Shown here one piece after another: positions 10,415 to 20,170 of a stretch of 64,000 nt of DNA. The notes under the pieces were generated by a model. That model saw only the letters and a program-made list of their open reading frames with translations, was not told the origin of the DNA and searched no databases. The first letter of the stretch is position 1, and every line of letters starts with the position of its first letter. The stretch lies in assembly GCA_001774685.1 (NCBI GenBank), contig MFAS01000001.1:705485-769484 (forward strand), in the 5' to 3' direction. This DNA is from Candidatus Collierbacteria bacterium RIFOXYD2_FULL_45_13 (lineage in GTDB: Bacteria; Patescibacteriota; Microgenomatia; UBA1400; MFAQ01). The position numbers and the translations under genes were made by a program.

Positions 10415-11105
10415 AAAGCACCAGGGTAGCTTCACCTTTTAGTTTTTTCGACTTCACCATCTCCATTATCTCAACCACGTTCCCTCGAAATACTTTCTCG
10501 GAAACTTTCGTGAGGTCTATGGCCAAGCTCAACCTCGCTTCTTCTCCAAAAATATCCAATATGCTGCTGAGTATCTTATCCAACCTCACGGTCGATTCAT
10601 AAATCACCACCGAGAAACTCACCATCGCCGCCATATTCTTTACATTTCTCAACAATTCCATTCTTTTGCCTTCCTTTTTGGGTAAAAAGCCCAAAAACAT
10701 ATATTTGTCGGTTGGTAAGCCCGAGATCGCTAAAGACGCGCTTTCAGCCGTTGGACCGGGGACCACGCTGACCTCCCATCCCATCCTAAGTCCCTCGTGA
10801 ACCAGTTTATAGCCCGGGTCGGAAATCAAGGGCATTCCCGCATCACTTACCAGCACCGCCTCATCAAGAAGATTCATTTCTTGAAGCAAAGAGGGGAGTA
10901 CCCGGTACTCGTTGAAGTCATTCACAAATTTTAACCTTACCGCTAATTTCTCCACTTTGCCCACGAAAATCAATTTACTCCACAAATTGCTAAACATACG
11001 AGTATCTTCACAAACAATGAATTTTGTCTTCGAAAGAACTTTCAGTGCCCGTTCCGAAATATCCTCAATATTCCCAATCGGTAATCCTACAATCGTTAAC
11101 TTCAT
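10404..11105 (-). CDS. rsmI: 16S rRNA (cytidine1402-2'-O)-methyltransferase
   Basis: N-terminus LTIVGLPIGNIEDISERALKVL...IVCEDTR is the tetrapyrrole-methylase-fold RsmI signature. Confidence 0.85.
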   Translation of the reverse strand: MKLTIVGLPIGNIEDISERALKVLSKTKFIVCEDTRMFSNLWSKLIFVGKVEKLAVRLKFVNDFNEYRVLPSLLQEMNLLDEAVLVSDAGMPLISDPGYKLVHEGLRMGWEVSVVPGPTAESASLAISGLPTDKYMFLGFLPKKEGKRMELLRNVKNMAAMVSFSVVIYESTVRLDKILSSILDIFGEEARLSLAIDLTKVSEKVFRGNVVEIMEMVKSKKLKGEATLVLSIV

Positions 11106-11122
11106 TCTTCCATTTTACGCCA

Positions 11123-11743
11123 CTAGGCGTATTTGCGAATAACGCCTACGCACTTCCCTTGTACTTTCACGTTGATGGCAAAAATAGGGGACATGGAAGA
11201 GTTGGCCGGCTCGAGGCGAACCCTGGTTCGTTCTCTAAAAAACCTCTTGAGAGTAGCCAAACCATTTTCCAGCAAAGCGACCACAATATCTCCGTCTTTT
11301 ACAGCGCCTATTTCGCACTCTTCAATCAAAACAAAGTCGTGATCAAAGATACCCTCCTCAATCATTGAGTCTCCTTTGACTTGTAAAACAAAGGCTCTTT
11401 TTTTACCCGAAACCATTGAGGAAGACACTCTCATGGTGGCATTTGGGTCGGTTAGAGGCTCAATCGGTCTACCGGCGGCAATGTAACCCAAAATGGGAAG
11501 TTCTAGAGATGCCAGCTCAACGCTAGGTCTGTCCACCACCTCTATTCCACGGATGGCTCCATCGAATTTTCTGATAATTCCTTTTTTCTCGAGCGCTTGA
11601 AGATGTTCGTGGATTGTGGCCAGTGAAGAAACCCCGATGGCCTGGGCAATTTCCGAGAGAGTAGGAGAGTAACCATTTTTCTGAATGAACTGAGAAATAA
11701 ATTCGACGATCTGTCTTTGTCTTTTGTATAGTGTTACGGCCAT
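11123..11743 (-). CDS. lexA: LexA repressor (start moved to the internal Met MAVTLYK)
   Basis: Winged-helix N-terminal domain and a C-terminal S24 peptidase with VKGDSMIEEGI and a Lys in the expected dyad position. The upstream 23 codons of the listed ORF are a hydrophobic artefact. Confidence 0.85.
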   Translation of the reverse strand: MAVTLYKRQRQIVEFISQFIQKNGYSPTLSEIAQAIGVSSLATIHEHLQALEKKGIIRKFDGAIRGIEVVDRPSVELASLELPILGYIAAGRPIEPLTDPNATMRVSSSMVSGKKRAFVLQVKGDSMIEEGIFDHDFVLIEECEIGAVKDGDIVVALLENGLATLKRFFRERTRVRLEPANSSMSPIFAINVKVQGKCVGVIRKYA

Positions 11744-11750
11744 AAATTCA

Positions 11751-11779
11751 TTATTACCAAACAATACCCAAATGTCAAC
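11751..11779 (-). promoter_or_regulatory. candidate sigma70-like promoter for lexA
   Basis: On the reverse strand a TTGACA sits 17 nt upstream of TAATAA, which lies just upstream of the lexA ATG. No canonical LexA box was recognised. Confidence 0.4.
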
Positions 11780-11874
11780 TAACAAAACCCAAATAGCCGA
11801 TATCCATTTCATGTATTAACCCGAAGATTCTAATAATAGTATAATTCCAGAGTACGCTAAAAAAAGGAGGACCC

Positions 11875-12396
11875 ATGAAGAAGGCTGTTTTCCCGTTTTT
11901 CATTTCCGTTTTGGTGCTTGTCGCTCTTGCCTGTAGCTTGAATCCTGCGACTGTTTTTGCTACTCCCACCCCTCTTCCCACCCAGACCCCTCTTCCCACC
12001 TTCACACCTTTGCCTTCCCCCACTTCCCCATCAAGACCCGGGGTCGACTTTCCCGTCCGTTATAGCGGCACCTCTTTTACGGTGATGGAGATTTCACTCG
12101 TTACCAGCTGGAGTTTTGATGGTGACACCAAGATTCCTACGAGAACAGGCGATCTTTTTTTAGTCGTCTACCTCAAGTTTGAAGGGGATCTGAATACTGT
12201 TGTCCTGCCTCAGACTGAAGATTCGGAAAAGACGTTTCATATCGAAGATAACAACGGTCGTGTAGATCAATGGGCGCGTTTTGAACCAAGCCCCACCGTC
12301 CTTGTGGCCATCTTTGTGGGCGACGGAAGTGCCAGCAATTATATCTTTACCTTCCCCGATGGACAGGAGATCGACCTCCAATCTTTTTTATACTAA
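11875..12396 (+). CDS. secreted protein with a Pro/Thr-rich linker
   Basis: Strong Shine-Dalgarno (aaaaaaggagg) upstream; N-terminal signal peptide, a PTPLPTQTPLPT linker, then a beta-rich domain. Confidence 0.55.
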   Translation: MKKAVFPFFISVLVLVALACSLNPATVFATPTPLPTQTPLPTFTPLPSPTSPSRPGVDFPVRYSGTSFTVMEISLVTSWSFDGDTKIPTRTGDLFLVVYLKFEGDLNTVVLPQTEDSEKTFHIEDNNGRVDQWARFEPSPTVLVAIFVGDGSASNYIFTFPDGQEIDLQSFLY

Positions 12397-12444
12397 TACC
12401 CGGAGATAGCCTCCCGGGTGAGCTCCACGGTTAGTCTTTATATG

Positions 12445-12470
12445 CCCCGGTTATAACCGGGGCTCTTTTG
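12445..12470 (+). terminator. Rho-independent terminator
   Basis: Hairpin ccccgg-ttataa-ccgggg followed by ctctttt. Confidence 0.6.
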
Positions 12471-12495
12471 TGCCAAATCGGTTAAAATACACATA

Positions 12496-14547
12496 ATGGA
12501 CTTTCAACTAGAATCGACCTACCGACCTACCGGAGATCAGCCCAATGCTATCGAAAAACTGGCCATCTCTATCGATCAGCAAAATCCTCACCAAACCTTG
12601 GTGGGAGTTACCGGTAGTGGTAAAACCTTTACGATTGCCAACGTCATCCAAAAAACTCAGCTCCCGACTCTGGTCATGTGCCACAACAAAACCCTGGCAT
12701 CACAGCTATACCAAGAGTTCAGAGACTTCTTTCCCCACAATGCCGTCTCATATTTTGTTTCCTACTACGATTACTACCAGCCGGAAGCCTACATTCCCCA
12801 AACCGACACCTATATCGAAAAAGAAGCTGATATCAATCCGGAGATCGACAAATTCCGCCTAACTACTACGGCCAACCTACTATCACGCCCCGATAGTATT
12901 GTGGTTGCCTCCGTTTCGTGTATTTACAATATCGGCTCACCTCTTGACCAGGAAAAGAACTTGTTGCCTCTGGCCAAAGGACAGGTAATCTCTCGGGATA
13001 CCGTCCTCATGCGCCTGTCTGACCTTCAATACACCAGAACAAATTCTGAACTGACTCGGGGTATGTACCGCGCCGTCGGCAGTACCGTCCAGCTTTTTCC
13101 CTCCTACAAAGATATCATCATTTCCATGAATTTCAGTGGTAGCTCGCTGGAAAATATTGAAATTCTCGATCCGATGAACTTCACCAGGATCGACGATGAA
13201 GACCTAGACAATACCGGCTTTATCACCATTCATCCCGCCAAACTGTTTATCACCAACCCTAAAACCCAGGGCGATGCTGTTGCCAATATAAGAAAAGACT
13301 TGGAAACCCAGGTGAAAGCATTTAAAGATGCCGGTAAGATTATTGAAGCCCATCGGATCGAACAAAAGGTTAATTACGATCTCTCCATGCTCGAAGAGGT
13401 GGGCTATGTCAGCGGCATCGAAAATTATTCCCGCTACTTTGATGGCCGCGTACCGGGTTCTGCCCCATATTCCCTGTTTGAATATTTTCATTACAACGCC
13501 AAGAAATTTAACAAACCCGGTTTCCTAACCGTCATCGACGAATCCCATATTTCTCTGCCTCAAGTCAGAGGGATGTACAACGGTGATCAAGCCCGTAAAG
13601 ACAACCTAATCAATTTTGGTTTCCGTCTCCCCAGTGCCAAAGACAACCGTCCCCTAACCTACACCGAGTGGCAATCCAGAACTCCGATCAAACTCTACTG
13701 CTCCGCCACTCCCACCGAACACGAACTATCGCTCTCGCGTGGAAGCAAGATCCCCACAGTTGCGGAGCAACTTATCCGTCCCACCGGACTCCTAGATCCA
13801 CAAATACAGGTTTTCCCTGCCAAAGGCCAGATCGATCACCTGACTCAAGAAGTCATCAAAAGAACGGCCAAGGGCGAAAGAACTTTGATACTTACGATGA
13901 CCAAGAGAATGGCCGAGGATCTTTCCGATCACCTTAAAGAAAAATATCAATTGAAGGTTGAGTATCTTCACTCGGATATACATACAATTGACCGTGCCGA
14001 TATCTTGGACAAGCTACGCTTGGGCGACTTCGACTGTCTCGTCGGTATCAATCTCTTGCGCGAAGGACTTGATCTACCGGAAGTCTCATTGGTGGCCATT
14101 CTGGATGCCGATAAAGAAGGTTTCTTGCGCACTTCGACAGCACTCATTCAAACCATGGGCCGCGCCGCCCGTCACGTCAACGGTGAGGTCTATCTATATG
14201 CCGACCGCATCTCCGATTCCATGAAAATCGCCATGGAAGAAACTCTTCGCCGGCGGAAAATTCAGCTGGATTACAACACCAAGCACGGCATTACTCCACA
14301 GGGGATAGTCAAGCCAATCCGCGACCGATTATTTAAGGCCGAAAGCCAAACGCCAGCTCCCAGAATCAAAGAACTGGCCGAGCACGGCTGGAAAGAGATT
14401 GATGATATCAATCCGGAAGCCCTCACTCCTCAGAAGAAGAAAATCCTCGTCGTCAAACTAAAAAAAATGATGAACCAAGCAGCCAACTCCTGGAACTTCG
14501 AACTCGCCGCCCGCTACCGCGACACCATTCGAAAATTGGGGCAATAA
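12496..14547 (+). CDS. uvrB: excinuclease ABC subunit B
   Basis: 683 aa with the helicase motifs GVTGSGKT and DESH, and a C-terminal UVR domain (ELAARYRD). Confidence 0.95.
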   Translation: MDFQLESTYRPTGDQPNAIEKLAISIDQQNPHQTLVGVTGSGKTFTIANVIQKTQLPTLVMCHNKTLASQLYQEFRDFFPHNAVSYFVSYYDYYQPEAYIPQTDTYIEKEADINPEIDKFRLTTTANLLSRPDSIVVASVSCIYNIGSPLDQEKNLLPLAKGQVISRDTVLMRLSDLQYTRTNSELTRGMYRAVGSTVQLFPSYKDIIISMNFSGSSLENIEILDPMNFTRIDDEDLDNTGFITIHPAKLFITNPKTQGDAVANIRKDLETQVKAFKDAGKIIEAHRIEQKVNYDLSMLEEVGYVSGIENYSRYFDGRVPGSAPYSLFEYFHYNAKKFNKPGFLTVIDESHISLPQVRGMYNGDQARKDNLINFGFRLPSAKDNRPLTYTEWQSRTPIKLYCSATPTEHELSLSRGSKIPTVAEQLIRPTGLLDPQIQVFPAKGQIDHLTQEVIKRTAKGERTLILTMTKRMAEDLSDHLKEKYQLKVEYLHSDIHTIDRADILDKLRLGDFDCLVGINLLREGLDLPEVSLVAILDADKEGFLRTSTALIQTMGRAARHVNGEVYLYADRISDSMKIAMEETLRRRKIQLDYNTKHGITPQGIVKPIRDRLFKAESQTPAPRIKELAEHGWKEIDDINPEALTPQKKKILVVKLKKMMNQAANSWNFELAARYRDTIRKLGQ

Positions 14548-14551
14548 CTAG

Positions 14552-15094
14552 CTACATTTTTTTATAATCTTCTGAGCCAATTCCCTCAGTAACGTTTTTA
14601 AGAATTTCAATCATAAGATCATCTGGAATAGGATGCCCTAATTCTTTTTCTTCCTTATATTTCCAATAGAAAATTTTGCCAAACCGTAATTCATCTGCTT
14701 TTCCGGCATCTACCAATTCCTGCATTCTGTTTCCTAATTCTCGACCTAGTCCAGGATCCATCTCAACTAGCTTAAGCCAAAAACCTGCTAAATCCATATT
14801 CCTCCGCGCCAAAAAATGTCTTAATCTCGCAGAATCAGCAAATTCATCCCTTCTCGATAAAGCATTATCATCACTGCTTAAACCTCTGACTGGTTTTTTT
14901 AATAGATCCATGCAAGTTTGAACTGATTCAACAGTTGCCCCTTCTCTGTCACCAGCACCATCCATCACCGTTGCGGCCATTCTCATGGCATCATTGGCCT
15001 CAATTCCGTCTTCAGATTGTAGTCTGCCAGCATAGTTCCTTAGTGCCTCTTCAGCAAGTTCAGTGTGAGCGAAGTCTAAAAAAGGTGATTCCAT
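14552..15094 (-). CDS. hypothetical acidic protein (island edge)
   Basis: 180 aa with no recognisable motif; convergent on uvrB. Confidence 0.4.
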   Translation of the reverse strand: MESPFLDFAHTELAEEALRNYAGRLQSEDGIEANDAMRMAATVMDGAGDREGATVESVQTCMDLLKKPVRGLSSDDNALSRRDEFADSARLRHFLARRNMDLAGFWLKLVEMDPGLGRELGNRMQELVDAGKADELRFGKIFYWKYKEEKELGHPIPDDLMIEILKNVTEGIGSEDYKKM

Positions 15095-15165
15095 ATCTAG
15101 AATATATCAAACAATTGCATCATTAGGTGATTCACCTTTAATCTGAGGCAATCTATAATTACCAC

Positions 15166-15714
15166 ATGGACGAAGCAAAATTGGTGAGTAGTACTTGGGT
15201 TGAAAAAGGTGTGACTATGAAGTTTACCTGGTATCCCGGCGATAATCTGGAAAGGTTTCAACCATTCAATCAGGTATACGGTGTCGTCTTTAATTCAGAT
15301 GGTCAGATGCTTATTCAAAGAAGGGAGTTAAGACCTTGGTGCCTGGCCGGAGGTACTGTCGAAGAAGGGGAGACAGCCGAACAAGCTCTCAGACGAGAAC
15401 TAATTGAAGAAGCCGATGTCACCATCAAAAATCTCATCTTACTCGGTGGTCAAAGAGTGCAATTTCCCGGAGGTCACAACCCGAATCCGACCAAACGCTT
15501 TACTGGCGATGATTTTTATCAACTCCGTTATTACTGTGAAGTTGATGAGGTTCTACCTCAAACACCGGACCCCGATCACGATATCATCAACGAACGGCTC
15601 TTTGTTCCTCAAACAGAAATAAACAAATACCTGGGCTGGGGTGCCACGGGACAAGTGATCTTTGATCAAGCCATCGCTCTTTTTCATCAACTCCACCCTG
15701 CTATACTAAATTAA
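15166..15714 (+). CDS. NUDIX hydrolase (paralog A)
   Basis: Nudix box GGTVEEGETAEQALRRELIEEADV, matching G-x5-E-x7-REUxEE. Confidence 0.8.
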   Translation: MDEAKLVSSTWVEKGVTMKFTWYPGDNLERFQPFNQVYGVVFNSDGQMLIQRRELRPWCLAGGTVEEGETAEQALRRELIEEADVTIKNLILLGGQRVQFPGGHNPNPTKRFTGDDFYQLRYYCEVDEVLPQTPDPDHDIINERLFVPQTEINKYLGWGATGQVIFDQAIALFHQLHPAILN

Positions 15715-15723
15715 TGCTTACTG

Positions 15724-15966
15724 GTGACGACGAGAAAAAATATAACCCTGATCATTGATGGAATTGTTGAAGCATTAGAGGGTTTGGTTCTACCCAGATT
15801 CGACAAGATGGACGGGAGATTCGACAAGATGGATGGCGACGTCGCCGAACTTAAACAAGCGGTCGAGATTCTTGATTCAGATATGGGTGGAGTCAAGATG
15901 AGACTCAAAGTGGTCGAAAACAAACTGGACACGCTACTCTTTTATTTGTTCTCATCTTGGGTTTGA
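15724..15966 (+). CDS. small coiled-coil protein with a tandem heptapeptide repeat
   Basis: 80 aa. The DNA has a 21-bp near-perfect tandem duplication encoding [14 protein letters not shown]. Its 3' end overlaps the convergent CYTH gene by about 25 bp. Confidence 0.35.
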   Translation: MTTRKNITLIIDGIVEALEGLVLPRFDKMDGRFDKMDGDVAELKQAVEILDSDMGGVKMRLKVVENKLDTLLFYLFSSWV

Positions 15967-16472
15967 ATTTTATCAAAAATGGTAAACACTTCCTCTCCAG
16001 CTACTTCCACCTTATCTCCCAAAAGATCAATCAATTTCTGAACATCCGCTTCGTTCGGACCTTCAATCTCGGCAATATGTAGCTCTACCGGCTTCGAAAA
16101 ACCAATAAAGGCAAACACTGTTTTGTCCTTGTTCCAAATTTCTCTCACAGAAAAGTTTTCCTTTATCAATTTACATCCGAGAGAAAAAAGTATTTCCTTC
16201 ATATTTTCCGGATTATCTATGGATACATTTAGCTCTCGCCTTGTCCAGACACCTGCGTTATCCCGCTTGCCGTCTTTCAAAGTCAGCTCTTTAAACTCAC
16301 CGAACACTTCTCTCAGTCGATACAGGCTTTGGATATTGGTCATAGTATCCGCGCCAGTTCCAAAATACGAATCTCTAATTTCTTTGAATTTAGTAAAAAC
16401 AAAACCATTCGCCTTGAGCCAATCAACCACGGCTTCTCGATTTGTATATTTCAGTTTGACTTCAATTTCCAT
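15942..16472 (-). CDS. CYTH domain protein (CyaB/thiamine-triphosphatase-like)
   Basis: Starts MEIEVKL, the ExExK signature of CYTH, and is 176 aa, the typical CYTH size. Confidence 0.7.
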   Translation of the reverse strand: MEIEVKLKYTNREAVVDWLKANGFVFTKFKEIRDSYFGTGADTMTNIQSLYRLREVFGEFKELTLKDGKRDNAGVWTRRELNVSIDNPENMKEILFSLGCKLIKENFSVREIWNKDKTVFAFIGFSKPVELHIAEIEGPNEADVQKLIDLLGDKVEVAGEEVFTIFDKIQTQDENK

Positions 16473-16488
16473 ATTATTTAATTCTTAG

Positions 16489-17232
16489 TTATTTCGTGAT
16501 TACTTTTGTTGCTTTTATTAAGTAAAACTTAGGCTTCATGAAAGCTTCGTAATAATCTTTTAATCCACTCCTCTCTGCTTCCTCGTCTGGTTTCATGTCT
16601 AAGTACTCAGTTATATATAGATTATTCTGAACGAGGGCGCCAACTAAAGTTTGGAAAGTATGGTGATACTGAATTTGTTTAAGGTTAAGAGGAGCCCATT
16701 CTCTTTCAAATTTCCCTTCTTCAAAATAGTTCCCAAGTAGAAATGCTTGTGGTTCTGTTCCTTTGACCTTTGTAGTCAAAAAAGAATATGGAACATGGCC
16801 TGAAAAAAGAAAGCTACCACCGGGCTTTAATACTCGGCAAACTTCAGAAAACGCTTTCTTTAAATCGGGAAGGTAGTCAATCACGAGTCCCGAAAACACA
16901 TAGTCGAAACTTGAATTTTGATATGGTAATTTCTCAACAGATCCAACCTTGAATTCAACATTTGGCAATTCTCTTTCTGCAATCTCAATTAACTTCTCAC
17001 TTTTATCAATACCAGATACTTTTGCTCCCAATCTAACAAATTCTTTTGTATATCTACCACTACCACAGCCTAAATCCAAGACATTCTTATCTTTTAAGTC
17101 CTGACTATTTAAAAATCTAATCGTATGAGGATATTCCAGCCATTTATTCCAGAAGTTATGACTGTCATCCATGTAGTTATGGTAGCTACCAGCAAACTGG
17201 TCGTAAGATGTTTTCACTTTTAAATTATTCAT
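16489..17232 (-). CDS. class I SAM-dependent methyltransferase
   Basis: Motif I VLDLGCGSGRYT with an acidic residue after beta-2 (GIDKSE). Confidence 0.8.
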   Translation of the reverse strand: MNNLKVKTSYDQFAGSYHNYMDDSHNFWNKWLEYPHTIRFLNSQDLKDKNVLDLGCGSGRYTKEFVRLGAKVSGIDKSEKLIEIAERELPNVEFKVGSVEKLPYQNSSFDYVFSGLVIDYLPDLKKAFSEVCRVLKPGGSFLFSGHVPYSFLTTKVKGTEPQAFLLGNYFEEGKFEREWAPLNLKQIQYHHTFQTLVGALVQNNLYITEYLDMKPDEEAERSGLKDYYEAFMKPKFYLIKATKVITK

Positions 17233-17263
17233 GCTTACTCAAATTCTAGCGCCAAATAAGACT

Positions 17264-18727
17264 TTACTCCAGTGCCAAGCCTGCCGCGACGGAAGTAAAT
17301 GGGTCAAACTCCGTAACTTTCTCTTTTCCAAAAATTTCCTCCAGCATTTTTTCGAATACTGGTACCAAAGAAGACCCTCCGGTTCTCACCACCACATCTA
17401 TATCCTTTGGCTCCAAATCGGCGTTCTTGATTGTTCTCAGGACTGTCTCTCTGACAGCCAGAACCCTCGGCTGGATCATCTTCTCAAACTCCAATCGAGT
17501 AATTTCCTCATCAATATCAATAAGGCCGTCTTTAAACACAATCCTAGCCTTTTCGTTATTGGTCAACAGCTTTTTTGCCACCTCGATTGCCTCATACATC
17601 TCAAACCCCAAATTCTTTTGAATCAAATATAGAAGCCACTCAATTGCTTTTGGGTCGGTATTTTTGTATTTTACATTTCCTGTTAGGAAACCAATATCGT
17701 CAGGATTATTTAAGTTCGGGATTCCAAACCAAGACCTTAGTCCGGCAATGATATGCCCCGGCATTCTCATCTGCATCTCGCCAAAGCGGACTTCAGTACC
17801 GAAATGCTTACCCAGTTTATGATAAAAAATATCCGAGTTAAGTAGATCTCCTCCCACATATACCCCGTCGGTCGCCAATACCTTGTACCCACTATTTTGA
17901 TTTTTTGAATTTTCGAGTTTTTCTTCGCCCACTTCCATTATTGTTGTATCGAATGTTCCTCCTCCAAAATCAAAAACGAGAATCATCTTCCCTTTACTGG
18001 GAAACTTGGACAAATAGTATTTGGCTGCCGCCACCGGTTCAAACTGGAATTTCACCTCATCAAACCCTGCGGCTCGTATTGCCTTCTCCAGTCGGTCCTG
18101 TGCGGCCATATCGGCCTCAGGACTAGTTGAAAACGAGACGGGTCTACCACAAACCACCGATTTTCTTGTTTCTCCGGCTATCAAATCCGCTGTTTTCTTG
18201 AGTTCACTCACAAACTTTCCAATCATTTCCTCTAGGGTATATTCTTTTCCAAAGACTCGCGCGCCCTTATAGTGGGGGGACTTTAAAGCGGTCTTGAGAG
18301 CGTGAAAAAGCCTTCCCGTACCAAAATCCACCTCCTCGTAGTAATCGGGGATATCTCCAGTCACCACCTTCCCGCTGGGAGTAGTATACAAAATGACATT
18401 ATTGTATTTACCCGTATAGATCCTTCGTTTGACGCCTTCATGCCTGGATTTATTGTCATTTAGGTAGGTTTTTACCGCCAGATTACCGGTAGCAACTTTC
18501 TCTTCACCTTCGTACCACACCTGATCGAACATGAAAGTATTAGTCGTTAGCTGTTCTTTGTTTACCTTATTCGAAATCATTAGCTTCCTGGGGTAGAAAT
18601 ACAAAGCAGATCTGGCCACACCTTTGTTCTCGGCTGCTTGGTCAACAGGCATCAAAACCGCCTCACCGTTGACGAGCGTGCTCAGAGAAGTATTTGTGGT
18701 ACCAAAATCCAGTCCGTAAAAAGCCAT
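17264..18727 (-). CDS. Hsp70-family actin-like ATPase (NBD only, non-canonical)
   Basis: Phosphate-1 motif GLDFGTTNTS and phosphate-2 motif VFDFGGGTFD. It lacks a typical DnaK substrate-binding domain and lid. The listed ORF starts at an upstream TTG; the ATG at 18727 is the likely start. Confidence 0.7.
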   Translation of the reverse strand: MAFYGLDFGTTNTSLSTLVNGEAVLMPVDQAAENKGVARSALYFYPRKLMISNKVNKEQLTTNTFMFDQVWYEGEEKVATGNLAVKTYLNDNKSRHEGVKRRIYTGKYNNVILYTTPSGKVVTGDIPDYYEEVDFGTGRLFHALKTALKSPHYKGARVFGKEYTLEEMIGKFVSELKKTADLIAGETRKSVVCGRPVSFSTSPEADMAAQDRLEKAIRAAGFDEVKFQFEPVAAAKYYLSKFPSKGKMILVFDFGGGTFDTTIMEVGEEKLENSKNQNSGYKVLATDGVYVGGDLLNSDIFYHKLGKHFGTEVRFGEMQMRMPGHIIAGLRSWFGIPNLNNPDDIGFLTGNVKYKNTDPKAIEWLLYLIQKNLGFEMYEAIEVAKKLLTNNEKARIVFKDGLIDIDEEITRLEFEKMIQPRVLAVRETVLRTIKNADLEPKDIDVVVRTGGSSLVPVFEKMLEEIFGKEKVTEFDPFTSVAAGLALE

Positions 18728-18981
18728 AAAACATTTGGAGGTTAACCTAAAAATTGTACAGCATGTGTTGCATAATTGCGCAGCTAAAAACTTACCAGAA
18801 TGAAAGAACACCAACTCTTCTGTCAGGAGGACTAATCATCATTTAGATAACATTATTTACACCGAAAACAAATCCAGATTAAAGTGTTCATTTTCATTTC
18901 ACAGTCTGCTTTAATTTTAAACCATTACCTAATAATGTATTTAGCTAGAAATCAAGATCAGAGACTGTAAATATAATGATA

Positions 18982-19500
18982 TTATTTTTGATATTTTATT
19001 GCTGCCCTCAACATTTGTCTTCCATGTTCACCCCAGTTCACATAAAAGTTCGCTTCGTCTGGTTTGACGAATCTTATTTCATCGATAGTACCATCCTCTG
19101 GATCCGGTGTTCTGATAACTGTTCTGTCGACAACACTTACAGTACATAATTGGAAGAAATCATTTTCGTTTTGATCATTCAGGGGACCTCGGACTTTAAA
19201 AGCTCCAAAAAGATGAATGCCCTTAGGGATTATTCCTGTTTCCTGAGTCATCTCTCTAGTTACTGTTTCTTGAAAAGTTTCGTTATTTTCGGGGCCACCT
19301 CCTTGAAAGCGCCAAACCCCATTTTCATTTTGGATCAGAACATGACCTTCACCATTGAAACATATACTATGTACCAAGGAATACGGTTTGAATTGTGTCA
19401 AGTCGTCTCCCTCAATCCATGTATAAAGATATTGTTTACCTTCCCACTCTACAATTTCGTTCTCCACAGGTCTATCGCATTCAGACATATCCAATATCAT
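18982..19500 (-). CDS. NUDIX hydrolase (paralog B of 15166-15714)
   Basis: Nudix box FQGGGPENNETFQETVTREMTQETGI, and C-terminal similarity to paralog A. The start at MILDM lies one nucleotide after the stop of the upstream gene, suggesting translational coupling. Confidence 0.7.
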   Translation of the reverse strand: MILDMSECDRPVENEIVEWEGKQYLYTWIEGDDLTQFKPYSLVHSICFNGEGHVLIQNENGVWRFQGGGPENNETFQETVTREMTQETGIIPKGIHLFGAFKVRGPLNDQNENDFFQLCTVSVVDRTVIRTPDPEDGTIDEIRFVKPDEANFYVNWGEHGRQMLRAAIKYQK

Positions 19501-19501
19501 A

Positions 19502-20170
19502 TTACAAATCAATAGGCAGGGTGTGTTCAATCCTGTATTTACTTTCTTCTGATTTATAAACATTCTTCCTATCTATTAAAATACCTTTTATAATACATAT
19601 CTCAGCAAAAGTGTCTAGATTTGTAACAAGGTCATCGATAAAAATAATATTTTTCGATAATACGATTTTGTTTATCATCAAAAAATAGAAATTCTTATCA
19701 TTTTTTAAAAAACCAATTTCATCAGAAATAAAAAACTGTTTGGCATAAGAGTTTAAATTCAGCAATTCTAAGGTTTTTCTTCTGCTGGGACGTCCATCTG
19801 AAATAATATAAACATTCCCCCCCTTTTTGTAATTTTCGAGTGCCGGTATGGCATCAGGATATAGTACATGAGCCAGTGTTCGATACTTGCTTATTGATAT
19901 CTCCCTTGCCTTATCTTCAAAGTTATTAAGGTTCAGATAAGTATTTAAAAAACCACCAAAATGATGTTCGGTTAATTTTAGTTCTTCTTTGAAGTCTTTA
20001 AAGGTAAGAGATCTATCATATAGATTACTCGACAGGCAATAGCTTTCATATTTACCCTTCAAGTCGCGATCGGAAACCCCTAAAATATTTTCCATGATTT
20101 GTAGATCAGTTTCAAATTCCGGTAATATTCTGTAACCTAATGTCTCTGCGAAATCTATAAATATATCCAT
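19502..20170 (-). CDS. HAD-like hydrolase with a degenerate motif I
   Basis: Motif II YIISDG, a Lys region, and motif IV IIFIDDLVTN are present. Motif I reads FIDFAET, so the second Asp is missing and the protein may be inactive or a variant. Confidence 0.35.
   Translation of the reverse strand: MDIFIDFAETLGYRILPEFETDLQIMENILGVSDRDLKGKYESYCLSSNLYDRSLTFKDFKEELKLTEHHFGGFLNTYLNLNNFEDKAREISISKYRTLAHVLYPDAIPALENYKKGGNVYIISDGRPSRRKTLELLNLNSYAKQFFISDEIGFLKNDKNFYFLMINKIVLSKNIIFIDDLVTNLDTFAEICIIKGILIDRKNVYKSEESKYRIEHTLPIDL

Noticed and set aside
11744-11812. The N-terminal extension MKWISAIWVLLVDIWVLFGNNEF on the lexA ORF.
   Set aside because: It is hydrophobic and unrelated to LexA, and a TTGACA-17-TAATAA promoter lies within it. 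The real start is the internal MAVTLYK.
11744-12495. A canonical LexA operator (CTGT-N8-ACAG or GAAC-N4-GTTC) near lexA and uvrB.
   Set aside because: I searched by eye and found no convincing match. The lineage-specific box is probably different, so I do not report an operator.
18728-18814. Upstream TTG-initiated extension of the Hsp70-like ORF (MVFFHSGKFLAAQLCNTCC...).
   Set aside because: The conserved phosphate-1 motif begins right after the internal ATG at 18727. The extension is low-complexity.
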